DNA of 64,000 bases from a virus. The position numbers and the translations under genes were made by a program. The first letter of the stretch is position 1, and every line of letters begins with the position of its first letter. Below the pieces are notes generated by a model. That model was not told the DNA's origin. It searched no databases and saw only the letters and a program-made list of their open reading frames with translations. This document shows, piece by piece, positions 39,700 through 52,996 of the stretch. The DNA is taken from IMG/VR virus record IMGVR_UViG_3300010400_000001, positions 72,227 through 136,226 of that record. One strand, given 5' to 3'.

Positions 39700-40083
39700 A
39701 TGAGCTACCGCGGCGTCGGCGCGGGCCCTGGTCCCGTCGAAAAGTACAAGGTCGACGCTCCGTTTCCGTGGGGAGACGACACGGAGATCACGCTTCCGAT
39801 CCAGGAACTCGTAAACGATGCCTGGTCTGCTGTCACTCCGCGAATCAACGAGCTCGAAGCGAAGCTCATTGAGGACATGGAAAACGAAGCGTCGCTCTAC
39901 GCTCCTCGGATCGTAAAGCAGGTTATGGACAGCGTCGTGACGCCCGAGATGAATCGCCAGATGGAAGTGGCGTTCGCCGAGCTCGACATGATGGAGACGG
40001 ACGCACTGAAGGCGCTCATCGCCGTCGGCGCTTCGATGGTTCTCGCCGTGGGCCTCGCTGCCTGGTGGGTGAAGAAAGGGTAA
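39700..40083 (+). CDS. Tail-anchored virion protein (paralogue of 40617-40853)
   Basis: YKVDAPFPWGDDTEITLPIQELVNDAW...AAWWVKKG. Confidence 0.65.
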   Translation: MSYRGVGAGPGPVEKYKVDAPFPWGDDTEITLPIQELVNDAWSAVTPRINELEAKLIEDMENEASLYAPRIVKQVMDSVVTPEMNRQMEVAFAELDMMETDALKALIAVGASMVLAVGLAAWWVKKG

Positions 40084-40616
40084 GCCATGTCAGCTTGGAG
40101 CCGATTGCGAGCCTGGAACAGGAATTATCGACCCGAATTGGCGGCTGTCGTGGAGACCGTGCGAGACGGATTTCTGGTCTCTGTGCGGGACGTAAAAGGG
40201 GGCCACGTGGAGGACATTGTCGGTGTGCATCGCGCTGCTGTCGCAACGGGTCGCACCGTGGACACGGCTCTGGGCAGAGCACTGGATATCGCTGAGGAGG
40301 AGCTCGGGCAGTAAATGTCGCGCCGCGGACCATTGTTTTTTGAGATCCCAGTCGAGCTCACGTTCACCGTGTCTGTGCGTGTGCCGGTTGGTGAGGATTT
40401 CGAAAGCGCATGGATGGACGTGCCAGAGGGGATGACCCCGCGGCTGACTCAGGCCGACGAGCGGCGGCTTCGCGCCGAGGCTGAGGGCGTTGCTTGGGAC
40501 TACTTGGAACGAAAGATTGATGTCGGTGGAGGCGAGTCGGTGGCGGCACAGACGAAAGAGTGGGAACTCGATCGCGGTGGACGCGCCGGAGTGCAGCCAA
40601 GGAGACGTGGGCGCTA

Positions 40617-40853
40617 ATGCGAGGCAGCGGATTAGGAGCAGGCCCGGGCGACACGATTAGCTACCGCGTAGATCTTCCGCTCCCCTGGGGCGCGAACACC
40701 GAGGTGACGCTACCGATGCAGGCCCTGGTCGACGACGCGTGGGCGGCAATGGAGCCGTCGGCGACGGCGGCCATCAACCGCGGCGCAGCGCTCGTCGCCG
40801 TCTCCTTCGCGCTTGCGATCGCCGTCGCGGCGGTCTGGATCAAGAAGGGCTAG
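40617..40853 (+). CDS. Tail-anchored virion protein (paralogue of 39700-40083)
   Basis: YRVDLPLPWGANTEVTLPMQALVDDAW...AAVWIKKG. Confidence 0.65.
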   Translation: MRGSGLGAGPGDTISYRVDLPLPWGANTEVTLPMQALVDDAWAAMEPSATAAINRGAALVAVSFALAIAVAAVWIKKG

Positions 40854-41301
40854 CCCGATGGATCACCGTCGTCTCTGGCGCCTCGTCGTCGATATCTACG
40901 AGCCCGGAAACACGACCGCGTACCCGGTACTCCGCCACGTTTTTTACGGAAGGGATCGGGACGAGGCGAACGGCACCCTGGAGGCGCACATGGGAACTGA
41001 TGAGTTTCTAAGGGGTTGCATCGAAAAAGAACGCTGGAACGGCCTCGAGTGCTACGCCGTTGCAACCTGGCTTGCCCCTGGGCAGGCGATCGACGAAGAT
41101 TGACGAGGGATATGTCCCAGCAATCTTCCGGCACCTACCCGAGCGGCGCGTATTGGGACGAAGGTCTCAAGCGCTACGTCGCGCCAGGCGACGAGGGATG
41201 GGACGCGGAGCGCTTCGGCGCGCTCGTCGGAAACTCGAGCGAAGCATACCTCGCAGAGCGGGACACGCTTCCCTGCGGTCCACCGAACGGAGAGTAACTC
41301 G

Positions 41302-43507
<2,206 letters not shown>

Positions 43508-43523
43508 GGAAAGGAGCCGCGCC

Positions 43524-43829
43524 GTGGAGCTCAGCGTCATTCCAGAAACCGAAGCCGATAGGCAGACGGCGTTCCTCGCGTTCTCCGCAATCCTCGGCGG
43601 CGGCGTCGTCGCTTACCAAGCGGGCCGATCGATTCGGGACGGAGATCTCTTCAAGACGGAGCCGTTCGAAGGCAACGCAGAGGTGGGTCTCGTCGCCACG
43701 GCAGCCGGCGTCGGTATGCTCGGTTTTGCTGCGAACGAAGCAGCGAAGTCCGTCGGCTGGAAACCCCTCATCCTCGGCAGCGTCGGTATCTTCGCGTTCG
43801 CGATCGTTGCGCGAGCGATCCGGAAGTAG
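43524..43829 (+). CDS. Small multi-TM membrane protein; last gene of the + strand block
   Basis: Three hydrophobic segments and an AAGGAG RBS; converges on the minus-strand block. Confidence 0.6.
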   Translation: MELSVIPETEADRQTAFLAFSAILGGGVVAYQAGRSIRDGDLFKTEPFEGNAEVGLVATAAGVGMLGFAANEAAKSVGWKPLILGSVGIFAFAIVARAIRK

Positions 43830-45151
43830 CTTCAGTCGTCGCCGAGCAGGGCCATGAGGCGCTTCTGAAGCGGCCTGACGACCTTGTCCCAGCCGATCTG
43901 GGCTTTGCCTCCGAGCTGGAAGTCGTCCGAGCCGCTACACCAGTTCAGTGCGTCGAGGCACTCTCGAAGGAGCGGCTTACCGCGGAGCGCGGCGTTGCCG
44001 TCTTCTTCGAGGCAAAAGAGCGAAAACAGGACGAGCTCTCGCCATTCGCACTCGCCCGTTGGGAGCTCACGAAACCGCGCCGCGAGCGTCGGGTACTTCG
44101 ACCAGTCGACGCGGGACTTGATGAGATTCGTTGCGTAGTCGAGTTGTTCGTTACTCATGTTCTCGGACATGTAAGGACCTTTCTCTTCAGTCGTCGTCCT
44201 CGAGTGGGCTCCCGTCCTCGTCGGTTTCTGTGGGTGGTGCCGGGACAACTGAGTCCCAGCGGCGCCATTCGCGTAGTCCGGGATGGAAGCGAAAGCCGAT
44301 CGACTTCAAGAGGAAGCGCGACTTGGGAGAGATGCTGCCAGGGCAACGGAAGACCCACGCAAGGCTCGAGCCGTTGCTGATGCGCTGCACGATGCCCCCG
44401 TGCTCTTCCCGAATGTCGAGGAGGAGGTCGGGCGGCGCCGCCCTGTCAAACTCGTTCATGTACCGCCGCCCGGGAAATCCGAAGCTCACGATGGTCTCCG
44501 CTTGCGATGTCTCACTCGAAATCCGTAGGCAAGGCAGCCGAAGCCCACGTCGCGGCTGGTGTGGCCGCGGATAAAAAAGATCCTGCGGCCTATGATCGAT
44601 ACGACCTCGGTGCCGTTCGGGATGCTCGAGTACCACTCGGCAGGAAAGAGCATGAGCGCCTTTCCGTCGGCGTCTGGCGCGTCCCACGCGCCGCAGCCCA
44701 TCTCTTTCAGGGCGATCGTGTCGAGCTCCCGAAGCGCCTCGAAGTCGACGGGCGGCGCGGCGGGCGCCGGCATGCCGGGGAGCCTCTCGGCCGGTCTCGA
44801 CGACACGTGGACCTCTTCATTCGGCCCGGCTCCGATCGCTCGCCGAATCGCCCCTGCCGTACGAGACTGCTTGGCGGTTTTCAGTTTTCCTCTCGGCATG
44901 GACGGCCTATGGGCACAAGACAGTGCGAAGCGAGCGACACTCGAGCACGAGATACGTGCCGGTTTCTGAGCTCGAACAGAAGAGAGGACCGTTCGGTCCC
45001 TGAATGAAAGCTGCCGGCCTGGAGGACGCGTGCGGAGCTTGAGGCATGCTGCTCCAGCATTCGTCGTGCGCACGAAGGCGCCAGAAAAGCCAAGCCATTG
45101 CACTGAGACCCAAGAGCGCCGCCATAACAATGACAACGTCCAGAAACTTTT

Positions 45152-45952
45152 TCATGGTCGACTCTGCATGGCGAAGGAAGAGCGCTGCTGGGAGAAAAGG
45201 GAGAGCAGGCGCATGGCGTTCTGCTTGAAGAGGAAGGCGACGTCGTCTTCGAAAATGGGGAGGGCCGGGGAAGAATAAGTTGGTCGCTCGGTGGGCGGGG
45301 TTTGCAGCGCGACGCGCGCAGGAAAGCGTACCGTCCGCGGTAGTTTGTGCGGCGTGCCAGAAACCATCTTCTCTGGCTCGAGGACGATCGAGCCATCGAG
45401 CAGGCCGGTCACGGGCGCCGTTGCATCGGCCTCCCACTCGTGGACGCCGGCATTCGGCATGAGAGCGGGGCAGAGGTGTTCGGTCGAGAGCATCCGCATG
45501 TCCGCCCCCTTGATGACGGTATCCTGCCAGGGCGTTGGGGCCGTGAGGCCGAAGTGCTGGAGGACAGCGCGCTGCACGCGCGCGTTGATCGCATCGAGCG
45601 AGGACGTGACCGGTTTCGGCGTGAAGCGCGGATCTCCGGTCGCGCGTGACCGGGACTCTAGGAGTCGAAGAGCGGCCTTTAGCGGGCCAGAGACATCTCC
45701 GGTGTACGCCTCGTGGCCATCGTGAAACTGACCGAGGAGCTGCAGCAGGTAGTCCTCCGGATATTCGAGCTCGATGAGCTTCCAGACCCAGAGGCAGTGC
45801 TCGCCGACGGAGTACGAGCGCGCCGTGTGCCCAGTGAAGCGACTGAGGTGCGCCAGGCTGTGCGACAGGTCAGTGAGATCGACGGCGTCCGCATCGGGTG
45901 CGAGCAGGTCGAAGCGTTTGCCGCTTAGGGTTTCTATCCAGGGAGCTATCAT
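45152..45952 (-). CDS. HD-domain phosphohydrolase (YfbR-like 5'-deoxynucleotidase family)
   Basis: WIETLSGKRFD...DLSHSLAHLSRFTGHT..YSVGEHC...FHDGHEAYTGD. Confidence 0.85.
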   Translation of the reverse strand: MIAPWIETLSGKRFDLLAPDADAVDLTDLSHSLAHLSRFTGHTARSYSVGEHCLWVWKLIELEYPEDYLLQLLGQFHDGHEAYTGDVSGPLKAALRLLESRSRATGDPRFTPKPVTSSLDAINARVQRAVLQHFGLTAPTPWQDTVIKGADMRMLSTEHLCPALMPNAGVHEWEADATAPVTGLLDGSIVLEPEKMVSGTPHKLPRTVRFPARVALQTPPTERPTYSSPALPIFEDDVAFLFKQNAMRLLSLFSQQRSSFAMQSRP

Positions 45953-48900
45953 GGGGACTCTTTCTCGGTGACGGTGAACTCGAGCTCTTCGATGACAGCG
46001 CCGGCGATCCCGTTCTTCACGAGGCTGCCGACGGCTCCGCCGAGCGCCCGCTCGAGACGCTCTCTCACGAGCGAGGCGTTTGCCCGTGTCGGCGAGCACT
46101 TCAGGCGGATTTGAAACGCAATCTCTCGCGGGCCGCTTTCGGTAAGCGACGGCTCTTCGGCGACGCGCTCGAGGAGGAGTTCCATTTCCTCTTCGGTCGG
46201 CATGTGCCGATTCGGCGAGCCGCTTGCCGACCGGAGAAGCGTGACCGCGACGTCCCCGTCCGGCCCTGGTTTCGTCACGACGAGCGTGCCGCTCGGGAGT
46301 TCCCAGAGCGAGTCGCCCTTGTGCGTCCGCTCTCTAAGCCGCGTTGCGTAGCGGATCTGAGTCTCGAGCTCTTTGTGAGCCGCGGCAGGGGACAGGCTTC
46401 GGTCGCAGCGCGAGATGTACTGCTCGACAGCGTGATGGGTGAGGATGATCATGGGCCGCGCTTCACTCTGCGCCCCTGCTCTTCTCCCAAGGAGGCCGCA
46501 TGTGCGGAAGAGCCGGGAGCTCGAACTCGCGGTGGAGCTCTAGAGGCGGGAGCGCGTCAGTGCACGTGCGACCGTCGAGGCAGCGCTCGTACCAGGAAAA
46601 GATTCGGTCACAGCCTTGCTCTTCTCTCTGGAGTTCGTCCTGAGCAAGGATCTTTTGCGCGAGGACTATCTCGAGCTCCTCTTTTGAGTCGCGACTGTCG
46701 CTCTGTCCGACGTCGAGACCGAGCTCGAACGAAGAGAGGGCGACTAGCGCGCACGAGGTCACGACGACGAGCTCTGCGTGGAGCTTCATCGGGATTGCCG
46801 TTCGTCCATGAGCTTCAGCCAGTGGAGGGCCGCCTCGCCGGTCCTGTCCGGCATGTTCGGTGTGTCGTCGCAAAGCCAGCCCCGCAAGAGATTCAGCGTG
46901 TCCGAGAGCGAAACCGTCGCGCCGTAGCCGTCAGTGAAGCAGGGCCACTCGTGCGCTTCTGCCGGCATCCGCTCTAGCCAGTGCACGGCCGAGAAGGCCG
47001 TTTCGATCGGATACATCCTCTTACCGTGATTGGCCCACCCATCGAGAGATCCGATCGTTTCGGACAGGTCGTACTCGCAGTCGTGGCTCATGGTCTCACT
47101 CGTAGTAGTCGCCATCGTCGTAGCAGTCTGGGCACGGCCCGCTCTCGAATTGTTCGTAGTCGTGGAAGGGACACAAGAAGAGAGGCCCAATGGGCTTTGG
47201 TGCCGGCTCCGCGCGCCTAATGGACTCGGTGCAGATGCCGTCCTTGAACTCCATGCGAACTTCGTAGAAGACGTGCGGTTCGAGGTTTTCGAGCTTCATT
47301 GCTCGCCTCCGTCCCACTTGTCTCCAATCATCTCAGCGCAAACGCGAAACACGTTCCGCATTGCTGCGTGGGAGGCCTCGAAGTCTTCCATGTCGTCGAC
47401 ATGGAACAAAAGCCTGTCCACGTCGTCTTCAGTCGGCGCGAACCACTGCGTGCAGCCGTCCCATTTGCGGAAGCCAGTGATGCGCGGTTCGCACTCGAGC
47501 GGATCGTAGCTCCGGTGCATGAGATCCCGCGAGTCGCCAGTGTCCTTTTTGACGAAGATATTGCGACCGTCGTCCTCGTAGGCCTGCACTTCCCACATGC
47601 GGAAGCTGACGCTGAGGCCGTTCTCGTGGAGCTCCCAATCCGCGAACCAGGTCGGGTGCTTCTTGCCGGGCGGATCGACGCATTCGGGGCCGCGCCTGCT
47701 CATGGGGAAGGAGTCTCCCTGTCTGTCATCTTAGGCGGCGCGCGAACGAACGTATGATCTTTCTTCGGCGGTCGGTCCCGGAACATCGCCTCCTTCGCGC
47801 GTTCGTATGTTGCGTCGTCCACCACCGGTCGGAGCGCTGCCAAAGCCTTCTCGAAGTCCGCTCGGCTGCTGTCGTGGTGGGCATCCAGGTGCTCGCCGCA
47901 CACGGTGCAGTAAGGCGGCCCTGGGCACTCGGTCGGCGCCGCCGCTGGGCTGTACCGGCAGTGCATGCAGTGTTCGACCTTGGTGTCGAGGCCGACCCAG
48001 AAGTGCCCGTTCCGACGTTGCCTTGACTCGTCGGCTACGCCGCCGAAGATGTCTGTTACGTGGCCCATGGTTGCAGTCTCCTCCGCGCGCGGACGCGCGC
48101 CTGGTTCGTCGGGCTTGCTCATAAAAGGCGCTCCTGCTTCCGAGTCCGGTTCTCGAGATCTGCGATCATCTCCCTCATGTATGCGCGCTCGTTTTCTCGG
48201 TGCTCGCACTCGCGAACGAGCGCCTCGCGGAACTCGGCGTCGGTGTACGTGCCGTCGATGCGGCGGAGAACCTTCCGGACCGCGCCGCTCGACACGGTTC
48301 CGAGAGCGACCTCGAAGATGTGCACGACGCGAAGCCGCTCGGCGGCAATGCCGGCAGGGCGCCCCAGAAAGTATCCGAAGCCAATGAGGCACACGTTCTC
48401 TAGGAGAAAGAAGACTGCGAGTACGAAAAAATAGCTCATCTGCCCCGAGGCTCTCTTTTGGTCTTTGCCGAGCGCTCATGCCTGGCGAACTCTTGGACGT
48501 CAGTCCAGAAGCGTTTAGTCACCGCATCAGTGCATGAGCCGATGAGCCCTTGCACTTCATGTTCGAATGCCTCCGGATCCGTAAGGAGGATCGTCCGGAG
48601 TTCTTCGACGGTGATCCTTGCCGAGCGTCGTTCCGCCACGACGTCCGTAATTCTACCTGGTTCGAGCTCCTGGTCCACCCCGAGTACTAGCCTCCGTATA
48701 GCTCCATTGCCGCCATGCGGAGCGCGCGTTGCCACGCGGACGGCGCGCACTTCCAGGGTAAGCCCTCGGGCGCGTAGCCCTCTCTCCAGAGAAAATCGTG
48801 GATACTGGCCGCGATGAACTCCGGATCTGGAAAGCGGGCCTCGAGCTTCGTTTCGAGCTTATCGATGTCGTTGTGGAGCCCCGCCGTGGTCTCCTCGGCC

Positions 48901-48991
48901 ATCGCGAGCTCTCCTTCGAGGGCTTTGACGGCGGAGTCGATGTTGATCGTTTCCTCGAGCGCTTTCTGGAGGAGAGTTTTTAGGTCTTCAG

Positions 48992-49747
48992 TCATGGCGT
49001 GCACAGGATGGTTTCGGCGTCTTCGATCTCTGCCGCCTGAGAGACTTCCATCGGCGGCCCGAGATGTCCCGAGTGCCGTACGTGCTGGAGACAGAACCCT
49101 CGGTCTTTCAACATGGCCAGGAGTTCGATGTTTTTCTCGGCACGGTGGTGCTCGAGAAAGATGGTCGGTTTCCGGTCGAGGAGCTTCGGCGCGCCTCCCA
49201 GCACTTCTGGCTCGAAGCCCTCGACGTCGATCTTCAGGATGATCGGCGCTGCCAGCGGGTCGTTCTCTATCTCGTCGTCGAGCCGCACGACGAGGACCGA
49301 CTGACGCTGGAGCGCTGGATCGTCAGTATGACTGACAAGGCTCGCGCCGCCGAGCGCCTGAGGATCGACGACAAGCGTTCGCATGTCCCTTTCGGACCCG
49401 CACGCCGCCGGCAAGAGAGTGCAGCGCTTTCTGTACCCGTTGACGGTCAGGCTGCGAGCGAGAAGCTCGCAGAGGTGCACGTTCGGCTCGAAGGCGTACA
49501 CGCGGGCGCTCGCGAAACGACAGGCGAGTAGCGTGTACCAGCCGAAGTTTGCGCCGACATCGATGACGGTGGCTCCCGGCGCTTCGGAGAGCTTTGCCAG
49601 GAAGGCTTTGGTGACCCACTCCTCCCACATGCCGTCGAGCATGAGGTGCGGGGCGAGGCTCGTGTCGCGTGTGTCGACGTAGATCTTGTCTCCCCAGTGC
49701 GTGACAGCGAGCACCGTGTGGTCTCCGAGGTAGATGGCGGGTCTCAT
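48992..49747 (-). CDS. FkbM-family SAM-dependent methyltransferase
   Basis: VIDVGANFGWYT, VYAFEPN and LKIDVEGFEPEVLGG. Confidence 0.9.
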   Translation of the reverse strand: MRPAIYLGDHTVLAVTHWGDKIYVDTRDTSLAPHLMLDGMWEEWVTKAFLAKLSEAPGATVIDVGANFGWYTLLACRFASARVYAFEPNVHLCELLARSLTVNGYRKRCTLLPAACGSERDMRTLVVDPQALGGASLVSHTDDPALQRQSVLVVRLDDEIENDPLAAPIILKIDVEGFEPEVLGGAPKLLDRKPTIFLEHHRAEKNIELLAMLKDRGFCLQHVRHSGHLGPPMEVSQAAEIEDAETILCTP

Positions 49748-51169
49748 TTTGGGCGTCTCGCGCGACGATGGTTTCGCAGCGTGGTTTGCAATCCGGCGTT
49801 CTCCAGCGCGCGCGCATAGCCCTTGCCCAGCGTGGTGAGTCGATAGCCGAACCGATCGCGTGAGCTGTCCGTGCATGCCGCGAGCCCGTGGGCTGCGAGA
49901 ATTCTCAGGGTGGCGAGATTCTTGCGAGGAAAGTACCAGGTGCCGTCCTTGTTCCGATTCGGCTCGGCGAGCTCTAGGAGCATGCGGCACTGGGGTAGCG
50001 ATAGCTTCACCCTGGTGGTCTGCACGAGTATTCCAGTAACCGGCTCGTCCGCTGTAGCGGATTGCGACCGCTTCATGGCTGCACCGGAGACCGTGCTGGT
50101 TCGCTCACCCATTGCGCATGTCTCGGCGACGCCGAGTTCGGCGTCCACTGCAGCGAGTCGGATCCATCAAACGCCGGCACCCGAAGTGCCCAGCAGTCAC
50201 GGCACTTCTCGAGTACGGTGCCAACGTCCACGAACCCGGTGCGAGCATGCGAGCATCCTTGAAACCGGCGCGACGCGGCAAGGTATTCGCGATCCCACTT
50301 CCAGAACAGGAACTGAGCGTGCGCCTGACTGAGTAGGCTCTGCAGCAGCGACTGCTTCATGAGTCGGGCCCCGCTAGCCGGTAGCCGGCGTCCGTCGCGT
50401 GCAGAATGGCCTCTTCGCGCGTGGCAAAAGCGCCCACGCTTCCTTCGTCGCGGTACTCGTCGTCCCAGTAGTACCAGCCCGGCCCGTCATGCGCGTTGTC
50501 AGCGTCATTGAAGTACTGTAGCTCGGCGAGCGGCTGCTCTTCGAGCATGCCGGTGTGGCCACAGTTGGCGCAGCCCTTGCCGGCGCAGCACGTGGAGGGG
50601 GCATCCGATATCGTCATGTCCCTGTCTGTCTCACGATGTTCCCGTCGTCGTCTCGCTTGTTGCCGAATGGATCGAAGCCCGTGCATGCCGCGCGAAGACC
50701 CCAGCCGACGCCCTTCATGCAGTAGCCGGGCTCGACGAGGCCGAGCTCGAGAGCGAGTGCGACGCCGGCGTCGGTCGGCTCGAAGAGCGCCACGTCGCCC
50801 TCGACTTCGCCGTCGATGTCGTAGCCCATGCACCGGAACTGAAGAAGCCCGCGCGCGACTAGCGAGTCGACGGTCCGGTGCTGCCCGGAGCCGCGCGGAA
50901 AGACGCACGGCGCGCCCCACGTGTCGGCGATGTGGCAGCAGCGAAAGCAGCCCGCGAGCATGCCTTTTTGTCGGTCAGAGAGAGAAAACTTCATGACGGT
51001 AGACTGTTGAGCTCTTTGATCATCCATCCGTTGCGCCGCATTGCCTCGGCTGCTTTTGCCCAGACGGCGCCGATTTGAAGCGGAGCACGCGAGGACATTG
51101 AAGCCACTCGTCCTTGGATGACAAGAACGAAGAAGGCGCCGCCGTCCGTGTGAAGTATCTGAAACCAGG

Positions 51170-51364
51170 TCATCGGATTTTCGGCCTCCGTTCTTGCATC
51201 CGTGCACGGGCCAGGATGATCTCCTGCTCGGTGCGCTGCGTGATGGCCCCATGCCAGACGCCGAGCTTATTCGCCGCCTCGCGAAGCGAGCGCGAGCTGT
51301 CGAGTGCCCGAACGACCTCACGGGTGGTCACGATACGAGGGCGGCCGCGCGCGGGAGCGATCAA
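51170..51364 (-). CDS. Small HTH DNA-binding protein
   Basis: GRPR followed by SLREAANKLGVWHGAI. Confidence 0.5.
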   Translation of the reverse strand: MIAPARGRPRIVTTREVVRALDSSRSLREAANKLGVWHGAITQRTEQEIILARARMQERRPKIR

Positions 51365-51850
51365 GAGCGCTTCCCTCCTTCGCCGTCAGCGAAGTACCGC
51401 TCGGCGCCTCCGAGACCCGGGCCCTCGATGCGCTCGTCGGGAGCCTTGAGCCCGGGATGGCGAAGCGGATCGATTGTTTCCCAGCGCCCATCCTCGGTCT
51501 CGTAGTCGAGAAAGAGAGTCCAGGAGCGATCGTAGCGTGCCGCCACGAACCGACAGCAGATCCCTAGGCTTCCGGCGAGCGCCGCAACGAAGATGCAGGC
51601 GTCATCGACATCCACGGTGTTTCCAGGCGTGCGCGGCATCGAGCCCAAAACCTCGGTGGGATCCGGAGCATATCGGAACCGACGGTGGAGTTCGTCCACG
51701 AGGAGTCGCATCGTGTCGCGACGATTCGAGCTCGAGGCCGTTACCTCGAGCGCCAGGACGTGAACGTCCGGACTGGCGCGTTCTCGCATGGCCACAGTGG
51801 CTAGCGCGGCGAGTTGTTCGTCGAGCGCTACGGGCCGCGTGCTCACGATA
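51361..51850 (-). CDS. Transglutaminase-like protein, probably catalytically inactive
   Basis: FRYAPDP...VDVDDACIFVAALAGSLG...WETIDP aligns with 19547-20131, but the catalytic Cys and His positions are substituted; the start is approximate. Confidence 0.6.
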
Positions 51851-52172
51851 CGAACCCCATGAGCATCCCCATGATGCTGTCGTCCGCGTCGTCCGCCCAC
51901 GCGGGCATCACTTGACCCGGGCCTCCAGAGAGAACGATGCGGACCATGTCGGCGAGCTCTGTCAGAATCTCGACACGGTCAGGGGCTCCTCCCTCAAGAA
52001 GGTCCGGAAGTTTTACGAGCGCCGCTTCGACGAGCGTTCGGCGAAACATGAGCTGCATGGCAGGAATGCCGTTGAATTCGTAGCTCAGCGAAACGTAGGG
52101 CTCGTCGAGCCACACGCGTACGCAGGAATTCACCGGAGGTTTGTTGGATTCAGTCATCGATCGACCGCGCCC

Positions 52173-52996
52173 CTGACAATGGACGCCTGTTACGAAGTCT
52201 ATTCCGAAGTGTCATCCGATCAGCTCACGCCGCTGATAATCGCCGCCCATCACGAGGTGCTACTGGACCTGACAATCGCTGCCCGTCACGAGAGGTACCG
52301 CGCCTGACAAGCGCCGCCCGTCACGAAGCGACTTTCGAGACCGCTGCGGTCGTCGACCGAACGACTTCGGGGTCGAGCGATTGACAAGCGTCGCCCGTCA
52401 CGAAGGTGCTTTCTCCTCCGCAAAGCCGCGGAGGAAACAAATGGAGAATTGACATCTGACAAGCGCCGCCCGTCACGAGGTGACTCGCGAGTGACGGAGC
52501 GTTCTCTGCTCGCAGCGTCAGAGCAACGACTGACAACTCGGCGTCCGTCACGAGGTGCCTCCCAAGAGCTCGGTGCGCGCGTTGCTTCCGTGGTCGCACC
52601 AGTCTGACAAGCGCCGCCCGTCACGAGGTGCCCCCTCGCCCGTTGAACGGGAAGCGTCGTACGATGACGCCCGGGTACTGATAAGCGGCGCCCGTCACGA
52701 GATTCCCCTCGAGCGGGTCGTGCTCGTACAAGTCACCTTCTGACAAGCGTCGCCCGTCACGAGGTGCCCCTCGCTCCGGCGAGCGACATGCGACTGCACC
52801 CAGGGGCGAACCTCTGACAAGCGCCGCCCGTCACGAGGTGCCCCCCGCTTTCGCCAGCGCGAACACACCGGTGGCGACGAGAGTCGTCTGACAAGCGCCG
52901 CCCGTCACGAGGTGCCCCCCGCTGCGCGATCAGCGCAGATCCCAGGAGACTGACTATGGCCTGACAAGCGCCGCCCGTCACGAGGTGCCCCCCGCT
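52173..52996 (-). CRISPR. CRISPR-like array, 13 units; consensus repeat (minus strand) AGCGGGGGGCACCTCGTGACGGGCGGCGCTTGTCAG
   Basis: Repeat starts on the + strand at 52173 (degenerate), 52233, 52269, 52304, 52381, 52456, 52530, 52604, 52678, 52740, 52814, 52888 and 52961. Period is mostly 73-77 nt with unique spacers. The three rightmost repeats are identical and divergence increases leftwards. Confidence 0.9.

Noticed and set aside
52286-52981. ORFs 52286-52624, 52321-52599, 52555-52743 and 52757-52981
   Set aside because: They are translations of the repeat array (recurring VTGGACQ and RDGRRLS) and are unlikely to be proteins.
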